Below, one piece after another: positions 28,041 through 38,198 of a stretch of 64,000 nucleotides of DNA. The notes below the pieces were generated by a model. It made no database searches and was not told where the DNA came from. It saw only the letters and a list, made by a program, of their open reading frames with translations. Source of the stretch: Myxococcota bacterium (lineage in GTDB: Bacteria > Myxococcota_A > UBA796 > CAJQPC01). The DNA is taken from assembly GCA_036229005.1 (NCBI GenBank), contig JAZAMN010000021.1, positions 1-64,000 on the forward strand. Reading direction: 5' to 3'. Position numbers and translations under genes: made by a program. Numbering within the stretch: position 1 is the stretch's first letter; every line of letters begins with the position of its first letter.

Positions 28041-29323
28041 TCGTACCGAGCATCGACATCCAGGGCGGCAGCACCGTCCAGCTCATCGGCGGCGAGGAGA
28101 AGGCCCTGGACGCCGGCGACCCCCGGGAGATGGCCCGGCAGCTCGGCGTGGTGGGCGAGGTCGCTGTAATCGACCTGGACGCCGCGATGGGCACCGGGGA
28201 CAACGGGGAGCTCATCGCCGAGATCGCCCGGGACCACCGGGTGCGCGTGGGCGGCGGCATCCGCAGCGTGGAGCGAGCCCGGCAGTGGCTGGATGCGGGG
28301 GCTGACCAGATCATCCTGGGCACCGCGGCCCGCCCCGAGCTGCTGCGTCAACTCCCCCGCGAGCGCCTGATCGCCGCCGTGGACGCCAAGGATGGCGAGG
28401 TGGTGGTGGAGGGATGGAAGACGCGCACCGGGGCCCAACTCCTGGAGCGGGTGGCCGCCCTCGCCCCCTACGTGGGCGGCTTTTTGGTCACCTTCGTCGA
28501 GCGCGAGGGCAGGCTGGGCGGCACCGCACTGGAGCAGGTGCCGGCCCTGGTGGAGGCCGCCGGGCAGGCCCGCGTGACCGTGGCCGGCGGCGTGAGCACG
28601 ACTGACGAGATCGCCGCGCTGGACCGCCTGGGGGTGGACGCCCAGGTGGGCATGGCGCTCTACACGGGGCGAATGGACCTGGCCGACGCGCTGGCCGCGC
28701 CGCTGCGCTCGGACCGCCCCGACGGGCTGTGGCCCACCGTGGTCTGCGACGTGCACGGGGTCGCCCTGGGTATGGCCTTCTCGGACGCCGAGAGCCTCCG
28801 GGCCGCGGTGGCCGAGCGCAAGGGCATCTACCACTCCCGCCGCCGGGGGCTGTGGGTGAAGGGGGCCTCCTCGGGTGCCACCCAGCGTCTGCTGCGGGTG
28901 GATGTGGACTGCGATCGCGACGCGCTCCGCTTCATCGTGACCCAGGAACAACCAGGGTTCTGTCACAACGACACCTGGAGCTGCTGGGGGCCCACCGGGG
29001 GCCTGCCTGCGCTGGACCGCACCCTGCGCGCCCGCAAGGCCCAGGCCCCCGCGGGCTCCTACACCGCCCGGCTCTTCCAGGACCCCGCGCTGCTGCGCGG
29101 CAAGCTGATGGAGGAGTCCGGCGAGCTGGCCGCCGCCCGGGGCGCCCAGCGCGCCGCCGAGGAGGCCGCCGACCTGATCTACTTCGCCCTGGTGGCCGCC
29201 CAGGCCCAGGGGGCCGACCTGGCCCAGGTCGCCGCCGAGCTGGACCGCCGCGCGCTGCGCACCACCCGCCGCAAGGGGGACGCCAAGCCGCCCCCGCCGC
29301 TGCCCACCGAAGGAGGCCGCTGA
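28037..29323 (+). CDS. Fused HisA - HisI - HisE protein
   Basis: IVPSID, IDLDAA, VGGGIRS, LGTAA (HisA barrel); LWVKGASSG, DCDRDAL, FCH...SC (HisI); SYTARLF, KLMEESGEL, EEAADLIY (HisE). Confidence 0.92.
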   Translation: MIVPSIDIQGGSTVQLIGGEEKALDAGDPREMARQLGVVGEVAVIDLDAAMGTGDNGELIAEIARDHRVRVGGGIRSVERARQWLDAGADQIILGTAARPELLRQLPRERLIAAVDAKDGEVVVEGWKTRTGAQLLERVAALAPYVGGFLVTFVEREGRLGGTALEQVPALVEAAGQARVTVAGGVSTTDEIAALDRLGVDAQVGMALYTGRMDLADALAAPLRSDRPDGLWPTVVCDVHGVALGMAFSDAESLRAAVAERKGIYHSRRRGLWVKGASSGATQRLLRVDVDCDRDALRFIVTQEQPGFCHNDTWSCWGPTGGLPALDRTLRARKAQAPAGSYTARLFQDPALLRGKLMEESGELAAARGAQRAAEEAADLIYFALVAAQAQGADLAQVAAELDRRALRTTRRKGDAKPPPPLPTEGGR

Positions 29324-30585
29324 TGCCCCTGCTCAACGAGATCGCTGTTCAGGACCTGCCCGCGCTGCGCCGCGAGGCCGTGGACGCCCAGACCCTGGAG
29401 CGCGCCGGCGGGATCGTCGACAGCGTGCGCCAGGAGGGCGAGGCGGCGCTGCGCCGCTGGGCCCTGGAGCTGGGCGATGTGCCCGCCGCCGACGCCCCGC
29501 TCGTGGTGGGGCCGGAGGGCCTGCGCGCGGCCTTCGAGTCCCTGAGCCCGCAGGCGCAGGGGGTGCTGGAGCGCACTGCGGCGCGGATCCGGGCCTTTGC
29601 CGACGCGCAGCGGGCCGCCCTGGTGCCGGTGGAGCACCCCGTCCCCGGGGGCGTGGCCGGCCTGCGCTACGCGCCGATGGAGCGGGTGGGCTGCTACGCC
29701 CCCGGTGGGCGCTTCCCGCTGCCGTCCTCGGTGTTGATGACCGCGGTGACCGCCCGCGCTGCGGGGGTGGAGCAGGTGTGGGTGGCCTCACCCCGGCCGG
29801 CGGTGGAGACCCTGGCGGCCGCCCACGTGGCCGGCGCGGACGCGCTGCTCTGCGTCGGCGGCGCCCAGGCCATCGCGGCGCTGGCCTTCGGCGCTGGCCC
29901 GGTGCCCGCCGTGGACTGCATCGTGGGCCCGGGGAACCGCTGGGTGACCGCCGCCAAGCAGCTCGTGGCCGGGCGGGTGAGCATCGACATGCTGGCCGGC
30001 CCCAGCGAGCTGGTGGTGCTGGCCGACGACGCCGCCGACCCCGCGCGGGTGGCCGCCGATCTGCTGGCCCAGGCCGAGCACGACCCGGACGCGCTGCCGA
30101 TCGTGGTCAGCCTCAGCGCCGGGCTGCTGGAGCGGGTGGATGCCGCGCTCCGGGAGCAGCTCCGCACCCTGCCCACGGCGGAGATCGCCCAGCAGGCCCT
30201 CGCCGGCGGATTCAGCGTCGTGGTTGAGGACCTGGAGCAGGGCTGTGCGGTGTGCGACCAGCTTGCGCCCGAACACCTGGCCGTTCACCTCTCCGACCCC
30301 CAGCCGGCCCAGGACCTGCTGCGGCACTACGGCGCGCTCTTTGTGGGGGAGGCGGCCGCAGAGGTGCTGGGGGACTACGGCGCGGGGCCCAACCACGTCC
30401 TGCCCACCGGGGGCACGGCCCGCAGCGTGGGGGCGCTCTCGGTGTCCACCTTCTTGCGGGTGCAGACCTGGCTGCGGCTGGACGCTCCGGAGCAGGCCGC
30501 GGAGCTGGTGCAGGACTGCGTGGACCTGGCCCGGATGGAGGGGCTGGAGGCCCACGCCCGCGCCGCCGAGCAGCGCCTGGTCTGA
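29323..30585 (+). CDS. hisD: Histidinol dehydrogenase
   Basis: GCYAPGG, SSVLM, GGAQAIAALAFG, GPGN.WV..AK, IDMLAGPSE, QAEHD, APEHL, GDYGAGPNHVLPT. Confidence 0.96.
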   Translation: MPLLNEIAVQDLPALRREAVDAQTLERAGGIVDSVRQEGEAALRRWALELGDVPAADAPLVVGPEGLRAAFESLSPQAQGVLERTAARIRAFADAQRAALVPVEHPVPGGVAGLRYAPMERVGCYAPGGRFPLPSSVLMTAVTARAAGVEQVWVASPRPAVETLAAAHVAGADALLCVGGAQAIAALAFGAGPVPAVDCIVGPGNRWVTAAKQLVAGRVSIDMLAGPSELVVLADDAADPARVAADLLAQAEHDPDALPIVVSLSAGLLERVDAALREQLRTLPTAEIAQQALAGGFSVVVEDLEQGCAVCDQLAPEHLAVHLSDPQPAQDLLRHYGALFVGEAAAEVLGDYGAGPNHVLPTGGTARSVGALSVSTFLRVQTWLRLDAPEQAAELVQDCVDLARMEGLEAHARAAEQRLV

Positions 30586-30594
30586 GTCGGGGAG

Positions 30595-31599
30595 TCAGTC
30601 CACGAGGGTCTGTACCCACGCGCGCACCTGGCCGTCGCCGGGGTGTACGCGCAGGGTCTGGCCCTCGGCGTAGCTGGTGGCGCTGGGGCAGCCGGAGGCG
30701 GTGAGGGTGGTGCGGGCGCGCTCGTTGCCGGCGCGGTCGTAGGCCACATAGGTCACCGGGACCAGCTCGGTGGGCATGATGAAGCTGCCGCTGATGCCGT
30801 CGATGCTGCTGTAGACGCAGTCCTTGAAGGGCTTGGGCGTGCCCTCAGCGGCGATCGCGACGAAGAGGTCCGCCTCGCGCAGGTTGAGGCCGTCAGCGGG
30901 GCCCGCGCTCCAGAAGTGCTCGCCGGTGCGGAAGACCGCCACCTTGGGGTCGGGGGTGGGGGCCGAGAGCCCCTGGAGGGTGCCGGGCAGGCCGGAGAAG
31001 AAGGCGCCCATGGGGCTGCCGCGGAAGGAGGCCTTCAGGGTGGCGGAGAGGGGCTCGCCGTCGGGGGACTTGACGACCACGGGGAGCTCGAGCGCGACCC
31101 GCTTGAGGCCGAAGCTGCTCTTTGTGGTCAGGGGGGCGTCCAGGGCCAGGTGCGCGAAGGGGATGCGCAGGGCGTCGTCGGTCAGCACCACGCCTTCGCC
31201 TTCCACGCTGAGGCCCGGCAGCGGGTCCACCGTGACCTGGATCGCGCCGTCCACAATGGGGCACTCCGTTTCGATGAAGCCCCTGTCGCCCTTGTCCATC
31301 ACGGTGGCCTCTCCGCCCTCGCAGCTCGGCATCAGGGCTTGAGCGACGCCGATCGTGGTGTTCACCGTTGGCGGGTTCTCGCCGAAGTCGCCGCCGAGTG
31401 TCCAGGTGTTGCGCCCGGTCTGCATGGCGCTGCGGGGGATGGTGATGGTCTGGCCGTGGGTGACCGTTTGCCCAGCGAGGGTGGCGCTGTCGATGTCCCA
31501 GAGGTGCACCTTGACCGGCAGCCCCTCGGGGGCCACGCCGCCGTACTCCGTGGCGGCGGAGGGGTTGGGGGCGCAGGCGAGCAGAAGCAGCAGGGGCAT
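30595..31599 (-). CDS. Hypothetical lipoprotein (paralog of 38580-39581)
   Basis: MPLLLLLAC lipobox; shares EGLPV.V.L.D..SATL.GQTV..G....IPRS.MQ.G.N.W and YVAYDRAGNE with its paralog. Confidence 0.75.
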   Translation of the reverse strand: MPLLLLLACAPNPSAATEYGGVAPEGLPVKVHLWDIDSATLAGQTVTHGQTITIPRSAMQTGRNTWTLGGDFGENPPTVNTTIGVAQALMPSCEGGEATVMDKGDRGFIETECPIVDGAIQVTVDPLPGLSVEGEGVVLTDDALRIPFAHLALDAPLTTKSSFGLKRVALELPVVVKSPDGEPLSATLKASFRGSPMGAFFSGLPGTLQGLSAPTPDPKVAVFRTGEHFWSAGPADGLNLREADLFVAIAAEGTPKPFKDCVYSSIDGISGSFIMPTELVPVTYVAYDRAGNERARTTLTASGCPSATSYAEGQTLRVHPGDGQVRAWVQTLVD

Positions 31600-31626
31600 G
31601 GGGGGCTCCGGTTGGGGAGCCGCCCT

Positions 31627-32829
31627 CTAATGCCGTAGGGCGTCGATGGGCTCCATCCGGGCGGCGCGGCGGGCCGGGTACCAGCCAAAGCCCACACCCA
31701 CCAGGGCCGAGAACACCACAGCGATCAGCACCACCGGCAGGTTGAACACAAAGGGCACCTCCAGCAGGTGGGCCCCCAGGTAGGAGCCGCCGATCCCCAG
31801 GAGCACCCCCAGCACGCCGCCCATCGCGGACAGCAGGCTGGCCTCCACCAGGAACTGGGTCATCACGTCGCGCTCCAGGGCGCCGATGGCCATGCGGATG
31901 CCGATCTCGCGGGTGCGCTCGGTCACGGAGACCAGCATGATGTTCATGACGCCGATGCCGCCCACCAGCAGGCTCACGCCGGCCACCGCGCCCAGGAAGG
32001 CCGTCAGGGTCGTGGTGATGCCCGAGACCATCTGGGCCATCTCGCGGGTGTCGTGCACCTGGAAGTCGTCGCTGCGGTTGGCGGGCAGGTGGCGGCGCTC
32101 GCGCATCAGGGCGGTCACGTCCTGCTGCACCCGGGAGATGTTGTCCGAGGTGTCGGCGCTGACCTGGATGCTGGCGACCTCGTTGTTGCCCGTCAGGCGG
32201 CGCTGGACCGTGGTCAGGGGGGCGAACACCAGGTCGTCCTGGTCCATGCCCATCGTGTTGGCGCCCTTGGCCTCCAGCAGCCCGATCACCGTGCAGCTCA
32301 TGTTGTTGACCTGGATCTTCGCGCCCAGGGCCGCCTCGCCGCCGAAGAGGGTCTCGCGGGTGGTCTCGCCGATCAGGCACACCGCCGCGCCCGCCGTCTG
32401 CTCGGTCTCGGTGGGCATGCGCCCAGAGGCGACGGAGCGGTTGGAGACCTCGAACCACGGGTTGGTCGAACCGTACACGGTCGTGGTGGTGTCCTCACCG
32501 GCGTAGACGATCTGCGCTGAAGTCGAGGACACCGGCGCGACGGCCGCCACGTGCTGCACCTGCTGGTAGATGGCCTCGGCGTCCTTGGCCTTGAAGTTGG
32601 GGGCGTCGCCGCGCGAGCCCGGACCGCGGCCGCCGCCGGGGTGGACGGACAGCAGGTTGTTCCCCATGGACGCCAGGTCCTCTTCGACCGACGCGGTGGC
32701 CCCCTGGCCGATGCCGACCATGGCGATCACGGCGGCGACGCCGATCAGGATGCCCAGAGCCGTCAGGATCGAGCGGCTGAGGTTGCGGCGGATCTCGTTG
32801 AGCGCGATGCGCAGGGCGTTCCACAACAT
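31627..32829 (-). CDS. MacB/FtsX-like ABC transporter permease
   Basis: RSILTALGILIGVAAVI; VGGIGVMNIMLVSVTERTREIGIRMAIGA; PARRAA..EPIDALR. Confidence 0.95.
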   Translation of the reverse strand: MLWNALRIALNEIRRNLSRSILTALGILIGVAAVIAMVGIGQGATASVEEDLASMGNNLLSVHPGGGRGPGSRGDAPNFKAKDAEAIYQQVQHVAAVAPVSSTSAQIVYAGEDTTTTVYGSTNPWFEVSNRSVASGRMPTETEQTAGAAVCLIGETTRETLFGGEAALGAKIQVNNMSCTVIGLLEAKGANTMGMDQDDLVFAPLTTVQRRLTGNNEVASIQVSADTSDNISRVQQDVTALMRERRHLPANRSDDFQVHDTREMAQMVSGITTTLTAFLGAVAGVSLLVGGIGVMNIMLVSVTERTREIGIRMAIGALERDVMTQFLVEASLLSAMGGVLGVLLGIGGSYLGAHLLEVPFVFNLPVVLIAVVFSALVGVGFGWYPARRAARMEPIDALRH

Positions 32830-32830
32830 C

Positions 32831-33541
32831 TCAGGCCTCCTGGGGTGCAGGCTGCTGCACCTGCTCGATGCGCTCCAGCAGGCCGTCGCGGAAGTGCGCG
32901 ATCTGGTCCACGTAGGTCATCAGCTCGGGTTCGTGGCTGACCAGGACGATGGTGATGCCCCGGGTCTTGTTGAGCTCCCGGAGCAGCGCCATGATGTCGT
33001 GGCTCATGGTGGTGTCCAGGTTTCCCGTGGGCTCGTCGGCCAGCAGGATCTCCGGCTCGGTGACGATGGCGCGGGCGATCGCCACGCGCTGCTGCTGCCC
33101 ACCGGAGAGCTCATTGGGCAGGTGGTCCCAGCGGTCGGCCAGGCCCACGCGCTCCAGCGCCGCCAGGGACCGCTCCCGCCGCTCCTTGGCGCCCACGCCC
33201 TGGTAGACCAGGGGCAGCTCCACGTTCTCGACGGCGGTGCTGCGGGCCAGCAGGTTGAAGCCCTGGAACACAAAGCCCAGCTTCTCCCGGCGCACCAGCG
33301 CGCGCTCCCGGCGGGACAGGCCCACCATCTCGCGGCCCTCCAGCAGGTAGGAGCCCTCGTTGGGCACGTCCAGGCAGCCCAGGGTGTTGAGCATGGTGCT
33401 CTTGCCCGAGCCCGAGGGGCCCATCAGGCTCAGGAACACGCCGCGCTCCACGTCCATGTCGACGCCGGCCAGCGCCCGCACCTCGGCCTCGCCGCGGCCG
33501 TAGATGCGCTTGACGCCGCGGACCTGGATGACGGGGCTCAC
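32831..33541 (-). CDS. ABC transporter ATP-binding protein (MacB/LolD type)
   Basis: [33 protein letters not shown]. Confidence 0.95.
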   Translation of the reverse strand: MSPVIQVRGVKRIYGRGEAEVRALAGVDMDVERGVFLSLMGPSGSGKSTMLNTLGCLDVPNEGSYLLEGREMVGLSRRERALVRREKLGFVFQGFNLLARSTAVENVELPLVYQGVGAKERRERSLAALERVGLADRWDHLPNELSGGQQQRVAIARAIVTEPEILLADEPTGNLDTTMSHDIMALLRELNKTRGITIVLVSHEPELMTYVDQIAHFRDGLLERIEQVQQPAPQEA

Positions 33542-34638
33542 ATCTCCCCCGTGATGACGCGGGTGCCCGCGTCCAGGCCGGAGACGGCCGTGGTGTTCCC
33601 GTCGCTGCCCAGGACGGTGACGGGGATCGCGCTGGGGGGCGACTTCTCGCCCTGCACCTGCCAGACCTTGTCGCCGGCGCTCTCCCCGCGGGGGGCGAAG
33701 CGCAGCGCAGCCGAGGGCACCAGGGTGGCGTCCTCCACGCGGCCCGTCTCAATGGTGGCCGTCGCCGTCATGCCCGGGCGCAGGCGGCCGTCGGCGTTGT
33801 CCAGCCGCAGCTCGGCCACGTAGACCACGGTGTCGGCGTCCTCGTCTGGGGACAGAGCCACGCGGTAGACCGTCGCGGGGAAGGACTCAGAGGGGTAGGC
33901 CGAGACGCTGAAGGTCGCCGGCTGCTCCTCGCTCAGGCGCGCCACGTCGGCCTCGTCGATGTCCACCTCTGCCTTCATCCGGGCCAGGTCGGACGCGACC
34001 GTGAAGAGGGTGGTCGTGCTCATGGAGGACACCACGGTCTGCCCCGGATCCACCTGGCGATCCAGGATCACGCCGTCGATGGGGGAGCGGATTTCGGTGT
34101 CCTCCAGGTCCTGCTGGGCCCGCTCCAGCGAGCTCCGGGCCTGCGCGAGCTGCGCCTGGGCCGAGGCCAGCTGCGCCTTGTAGAGGTCCACCTGGATGCG
34201 GGCGTCGAACACCTCCACCTGCGTGGCCGCGCCCTTGTCCATCAGGCGCTGCAGCCGCGCGTGGTCGGCCTCGCCCTTCTCCAGGTTCACCTTGGCCGTC
34301 GAGATGGCCGCCTGGGCGCTCTGCACGGTGCCCTTGGCCTCGCTCACCGCCATCTCGAACTCCGCGGGCTCGATGCGCGCCAGGACCTGACCCGCCTTGA
34401 CCCGGTCGTTCACGTCGACCAGCACCTCGGCGACCTCGCCGGTCAGGTCCGAGCCGATCTCCACCTCCTCGATGGGGGCCAGGGTGCCCACGGCGGTGAC
34501 CTCAAGCGCCAGGTCTCCGGCGGTGCTCTCCTCCTCCATGTAGCCCTCGGGTCCGGGGGGACCTCCGCGGCAGGCAGACAGCAGGGTCAGGCCCAGGCTC
34601 AGGGTCAACAGGGGCAGGGTGCGGCGGATGGCGGGCAT
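33538..34638 (-). CDS. Efflux periplasmic adaptor (MacA-like) lipoprotein
   Basis: LLSAC lipobox; V..NDRVKAGQVLARI, IRSPIDGVI, LRPGMTA. Confidence 0.92.
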   Translation of the reverse strand: MPAIRRTLPLLTLSLGLTLLSACRGGPPGPEGYMEEESTAGDLALEVTAVGTLAPIEEVEIGSDLTGEVAEVLVDVNDRVKAGQVLARIEPAEFEMAVSEAKGTVQSAQAAISTAKVNLEKGEADHARLQRLMDKGAATQVEVFDARIQVDLYKAQLASAQAQLAQARSSLERAQQDLEDTEIRSPIDGVILDRQVDPGQTVVSSMSTTTLFTVASDLARMKAEVDIDEADVARLSEEQPATFSVSAYPSESFPATVYRVALSPDEDADTVVYVAELRLDNADGRLRPGMTATATIETGRVEDATLVPSAALRFAPRGESAGDKVWQVQGEKSPPSAIPVTVLGSDGNTTAVSGLDAGTRVITGEM

Positions 34639-34679
34639 GGAAACTCTCCGGTCTGCCATCAAGCTATGAGCGGGTTTTG

Positions 34680-34724
34680 GAGAAAGTGTGGAGCCCGCGG
34701 TCTCCGATCTCTCCACACTTTCTC
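34680..34724. promoter_or_regulatory. Perfect 14-bp inverted repeat in the divergent promoter; putative response-regulator sites
   Basis: GAGAAAGTGTGGAG (34680-34693) and CTCCACACTTTCTC (34711-34724), 17 bp apart. The left arm with its flank contains TGGAG twice at 11-bp spacing. Confidence 0.7.
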
Positions 34725-34761
34725 AAAGGTGGGAGGTGAGGTTGGATGCAGGAGGCCACCG

Positions 34762-36189
34762 ATGCCCACACCCCTGCTCATCCTTCTGTCCAGCGCGGCC
34801 CAGGCCGCTCCCCTGAGTCTGGATCAAGCCGTCGTCGAGGCACTGCGCAACAACCCCGACCTGCAGGGGGCCCAGCTCGCCACCGCCCAGGCCGAGCAGC
34901 AGCTCGCCGTGGCCAAGGCCAGCTCCGAGCCCGCCCTGGGCGTGAGCGGCGGCTACAACAGCGCCGACTCCGCGGGCTTCATCGCCGGTACGGCCTACGA
35001 CGCCACCTCCACCCGCCTGAGCAGCGGGCTGAGCGTGGGCGGCAACGTGGCGGCCTCGGGCACGAGCTGGAGCCTCTACTCCAACTTGGAGGGCAACGAG
35101 ACCCAGACGGTGTCCGACCTGACCGGCGACACCCTCCAGTCCACCTGGCAGGCCGAGACCGGCGTGGAGCTGAGCCAGGACGTGCTGGCGCCCTTCCGCC
35201 GCAGCGCCGAGCGGCAGGCCCAGCTCGAGGCTCTGGACAACCTGACGGTCACCCAGATCCAGTCCCGGCAGCAGGAGCAGGAGGCCCTGGCCCAGGTGGC
35301 CGAGGCCTGGTGGAGCTGGGCGGTGACCTCCCGCAGCGTGGAGCTGGCCGAGCAGGAGCTGGCCCGCGCCAAGGAGCTGGAGCGGGTGAGCGTGCTCTGG
35401 TCCGAAGAGGGCATGGTCTCCGCCTCGGAGCTGGGGCAGACCCGCCTGGCCCGCCTGCAGGCGCAGCAGAGCCTGCTGGACGCCCAGAACGCCGAGCAGC
35501 AGGCCGCCGACACCCTGCTGCTGCTGATCGGCCACGACCCGGGGGAGGCCATCGAGGTCGCCGGGGATGGCGCGCTGCGGGGGCACCTGGCCGAGGCCGG
35601 CATGGACGAGCTGATGGAGGGCAACCTGGAGCTGGCCGCCCTGCGCGCGCAGGCTGAGGCCCAGGGTCGGCAGGTGGACTTCGCCGAGTCGGATCGGCTG
35701 CCCACGCTGGACCTGACGGCCTCGGCGGGGGTGGCGTCATTGGAGGACAACGCCAACGCCGCCCTCAGCGCGTTGGGGACCGAGGACCGCCTGCCCTCGA
35801 TGTCCGCTGGCCTGGAGCTGACCGTGCCCTTGGGGAACAAGGCCGCCCGCTCCCAGCTCGAGCTGGAGCGCTTGATCCTGCAGCAGGCCGAGCTCGACAC
35901 CCTCAGCGGGGAGCGCAGCGTGCGCGCCGAGGTGCTGGCCGCCGCTCGGGATCGGGACCAGGCCGCCCAGCAGACCGCGCTCGCGCTGGAGCAGCTCCAG
36001 GTCGCCCGCGAGGTGGAGGCCGCCGAGGAGGCCCAGCTCCAGGAGGGCAACCGCCGCATGGACGAGCTGTTGGAGGCCCGCGAGGATCGGATCAGCGCCG
36101 AGCAGGCCCTGCTGGAGGCCGAGCTGGAGCAGGCGCGGGCCGAGCTGGAGCTGGCGCGCCTGGCCGGCCGCGTGGACGAGGTACTCTGA
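34762..36189 (+). CDS. TolC-family outer membrane efflux protein
   Basis: Signal peptide (AQA-A), LSLDQAV..AL.NNPDL, two OEP-like halves, LPTLDLTAS, LELTVPLGN. Confidence 0.88.
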   Translation: MPTPLLILLSSAAQAAPLSLDQAVVEALRNNPDLQGAQLATAQAEQQLAVAKASSEPALGVSGGYNSADSAGFIAGTAYDATSTRLSSGLSVGGNVAASGTSWSLYSNLEGNETQTVSDLTGDTLQSTWQAETGVELSQDVLAPFRRSAERQAQLEALDNLTVTQIQSRQQEQEALAQVAEAWWSWAVTSRSVELAEQELARAKELERVSVLWSEEGMVSASELGQTRLARLQAQQSLLDAQNAEQQAADTLLLLIGHDPGEAIEVAGDGALRGHLAEAGMDELMEGNLELAALRAQAEAQGRQVDFAESDRLPTLDLTASAGVASLEDNANAALSALGTEDRLPSMSAGLELTVPLGNKAARSQLELERLILQQAELDTLSGERSVRAEVLAAARDRDQAAQQTALALEQLQVAREVEAAEEAQLQEGNRRMDELLEAREDRISAEQALLEAELEQARAELELARLAGRVDEVL

Positions 36190-36192
36190 GTC

Positions 36193-36873
36193 ATGGACCA
36201 AAAGCCGCGCATCCTGGTGGTGGAGGACGACCTGGGGGTCGTGCGCTCCCTGATCCAAGGCCTCCACAAGGCCGGCTTCGAGGTCAGCGTGGCCATGGAC
36301 GGGCGCGCTGGCCTGGAGGCGGCGCTGGCCGCGGATCACGACCTGCTGGTGCTGGACCTGATGCTCCCCGAGCGCACCGGCTTCGAGATCCTGGAGGCTC
36401 TGCAGGGCCGCAGCAGCACCCCGATCATCGTGCTCTCCGCCCGCACCGAGCTGCCCGCGCGCCTGCGCTCCTTTGAGGGCGGGGCCGTCGACTTTGTGCC
36501 CAAGCCCTTCTTCATGGCCGAGCTGGTGGCGAGGATCAAGGCCCACCTGTCCTTCGTCGAGTCTGCACCGCACCGCATCCTGGAGCTCGCGGGCATGGAA
36601 GTGGATCTGGACGCACGCGAGGTGCGGGCGGGCGGCGAGCCGCTGGGGTTGACCACCCACGAGTTCAACGTCCTGGCCTTCTTGATGGAGCGCGAGGGCC
36701 GCGCCCTGAGCCGGGAGCAGATCGCCGACAGCGCGCTCCCGGAGGCCGGGGACCGCGTGGCGCGCACCGTGGACAGCCACGTCTCCCGGGTCCGCAAGAA
36801 GCTGGGCCCGGAGGCCTCCGCCCACATCAAGACCGTGTGGGGCATCGGCTACCGCTACGTGGCGGAGCTCTGA
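36193..36873 (+). CDS. OmpR-family response regulator
   Basis: ILVVEDD, LDLMLP, KPF; winged helix RTVDSHVSRVRKKL, TVWGIGY. Confidence 0.95.
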   Translation: MDQKPRILVVEDDLGVVRSLIQGLHKAGFEVSVAMDGRAGLEAALAADHDLLVLDLMLPERTGFEILEALQGRSSTPIIVLSARTELPARLRSFEGGAVDFVPKPFFMAELVARIKAHLSFVESAPHRILELAGMEVDLDAREVRAGGEPLGLTTHEFNVLAFLMEREGRALSREQIADSALPEAGDRVARTVDSHVSRVRKKLGPEASAHIKTVWGIGYRYVAEL

Positions 36874-38198
36874 TGGCCGGGCCGCGCTTGGGGGTGTCGG
36901 GGCGCGTGCTGGCCAGCGCGGTGCTCTCGGCGCTGGTGGGCACCCTGCTGGTCGCCTTGACCCTGACGGCCAGCCAGCAGCTCATGCGGGACAGCATGAT
37001 CCGGGGCATGAGCAGCCACGCCGACCTGGGCGCCTGTGAGGCGGCGCCGGAGCACTGGGGCGCCAACATGTCGGGCTTCCAGGTGTTCGCCTACGACGCC
37101 CAGGGGAACAGCCGGAACCCCCAGGCGCCGCCGCTGGAGCCCAGCCTGCTTCTGGCGGAGCTGGACGGGGAGCTGGTCGCCCTGCCGGATCAGGGGGACC
37201 AGCGGGAGCGCTTTGGGGTGCGGGTGCGGAGCGACGGCCCCTGCGCCATCCTGCGCCTGACCCTTACGCCGCCCCACGCCCGGGAGGAGCTGGACCCGCG
37301 CACGGTGCTGATCGGCGTGGCCACCATCCTGGCCATGACCCTGGTGGGCCTGGCGAGCTGGGGGCTGGTGGTGCGGCCCATGCAGCGGCGCATCGAGGGC
37401 ATCGCCGACAGCGCGGGCAGCGTGGGGCACCAGGACTTCGAGCCGCCGCCCCCCCAGCAGGAGGATGACCTGGGCACCATCGCCCGGGTCCTGGGCGAGA
37501 GCCACCAGCGCATCCAGACGGACCGCCAGGAGCTGATCGCCCGCCACAAGGCTCTGGAGAAGCACCTGGCCGGAATCGCCCACGACCTGCGCACGCCGCT
37601 GGCCAGCATGCAGCTCTCGCTGGAGGCCCTGCTCGAAGACGGCCACGACGCCCAGGGGGCCCTGTCGGACATGGTCTACCTGTCCTCGCTGGTGGAGAAC
37701 CTGCATCAGGGCGTGCGGCTGCGGCACGGGCTCTCGGCGGTGGACGGACAGGTGGAGCTCGGCGAGCTCGTCGAGCGCCTGGGTCGGCGCTTCTCCCTCA
37801 TCGGAAAGCACTCCGGGATCGAGGTCGCGGTGAACACCCCGGAGCGCCCGGTCCCCGTGCTCTGTGCGCCCGCTTTGGCCGAGCGGGCTCTGGCCAACCT
37901 GGTGCAGAACGCCGTCGCCCACAACCGCCCCGGGGGCCACGTCGCGGTGCTGCTGGACCTGCACGGCGACCGCTTCGAGCTGCGCGTGCTGGACGACGGC
38001 CCCGGCCTCCCCGCCGACGTGATGGCCTCTCTGGAGCTGCCCACCTTCAGCGAAGACCAGGCGCGCCAGCGGGGCCCCGGACTGGGTCTGCTCATCACCC
38101 GCGAGATCGCCCACCGCGCGGGCTGGGAGATCGCCTGGGAGCCCCAGGAGGACGGCCTCTGCGTGCGCATCGAGGGCGCGCTGGCCCCCCCGGCGTGA
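36873..38198 (+). CDS. Sensor histidine kinase (2 TM, HAMP)
   Basis: AHDLRTPL H-box, NLVQNA, DDGPG, GLGL; TGATG coupling to the regulator. Confidence 0.93.
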   Translation: MAGPRLGVSGRVLASAVLSALVGTLLVALTLTASQQLMRDSMIRGMSSHADLGACEAAPEHWGANMSGFQVFAYDAQGNSRNPQAPPLEPSLLLAELDGELVALPDQGDQRERFGVRVRSDGPCAILRLTLTPPHAREELDPRTVLIGVATILAMTLVGLASWGLVVRPMQRRIEGIADSAGSVGHQDFEPPPPQQEDDLGTIARVLGESHQRIQTDRQELIARHKALEKHLAGIAHDLRTPLASMQLSLEALLEDGHDAQGALSDMVYLSSLVENLHQGVRLRHGLSAVDGQVELGELVERLGRRFSLIGKHSGIEVAVNTPERPVPVLCAPALAERALANLVQNAVAHNRPGGHVAVLLDLHGDRFELRVLDDGPGLPADVMASLELPTFSEDQARQRGPGLGLLITREIAHRAGWEIAWEPQEDGLCVRIEGALAPPA

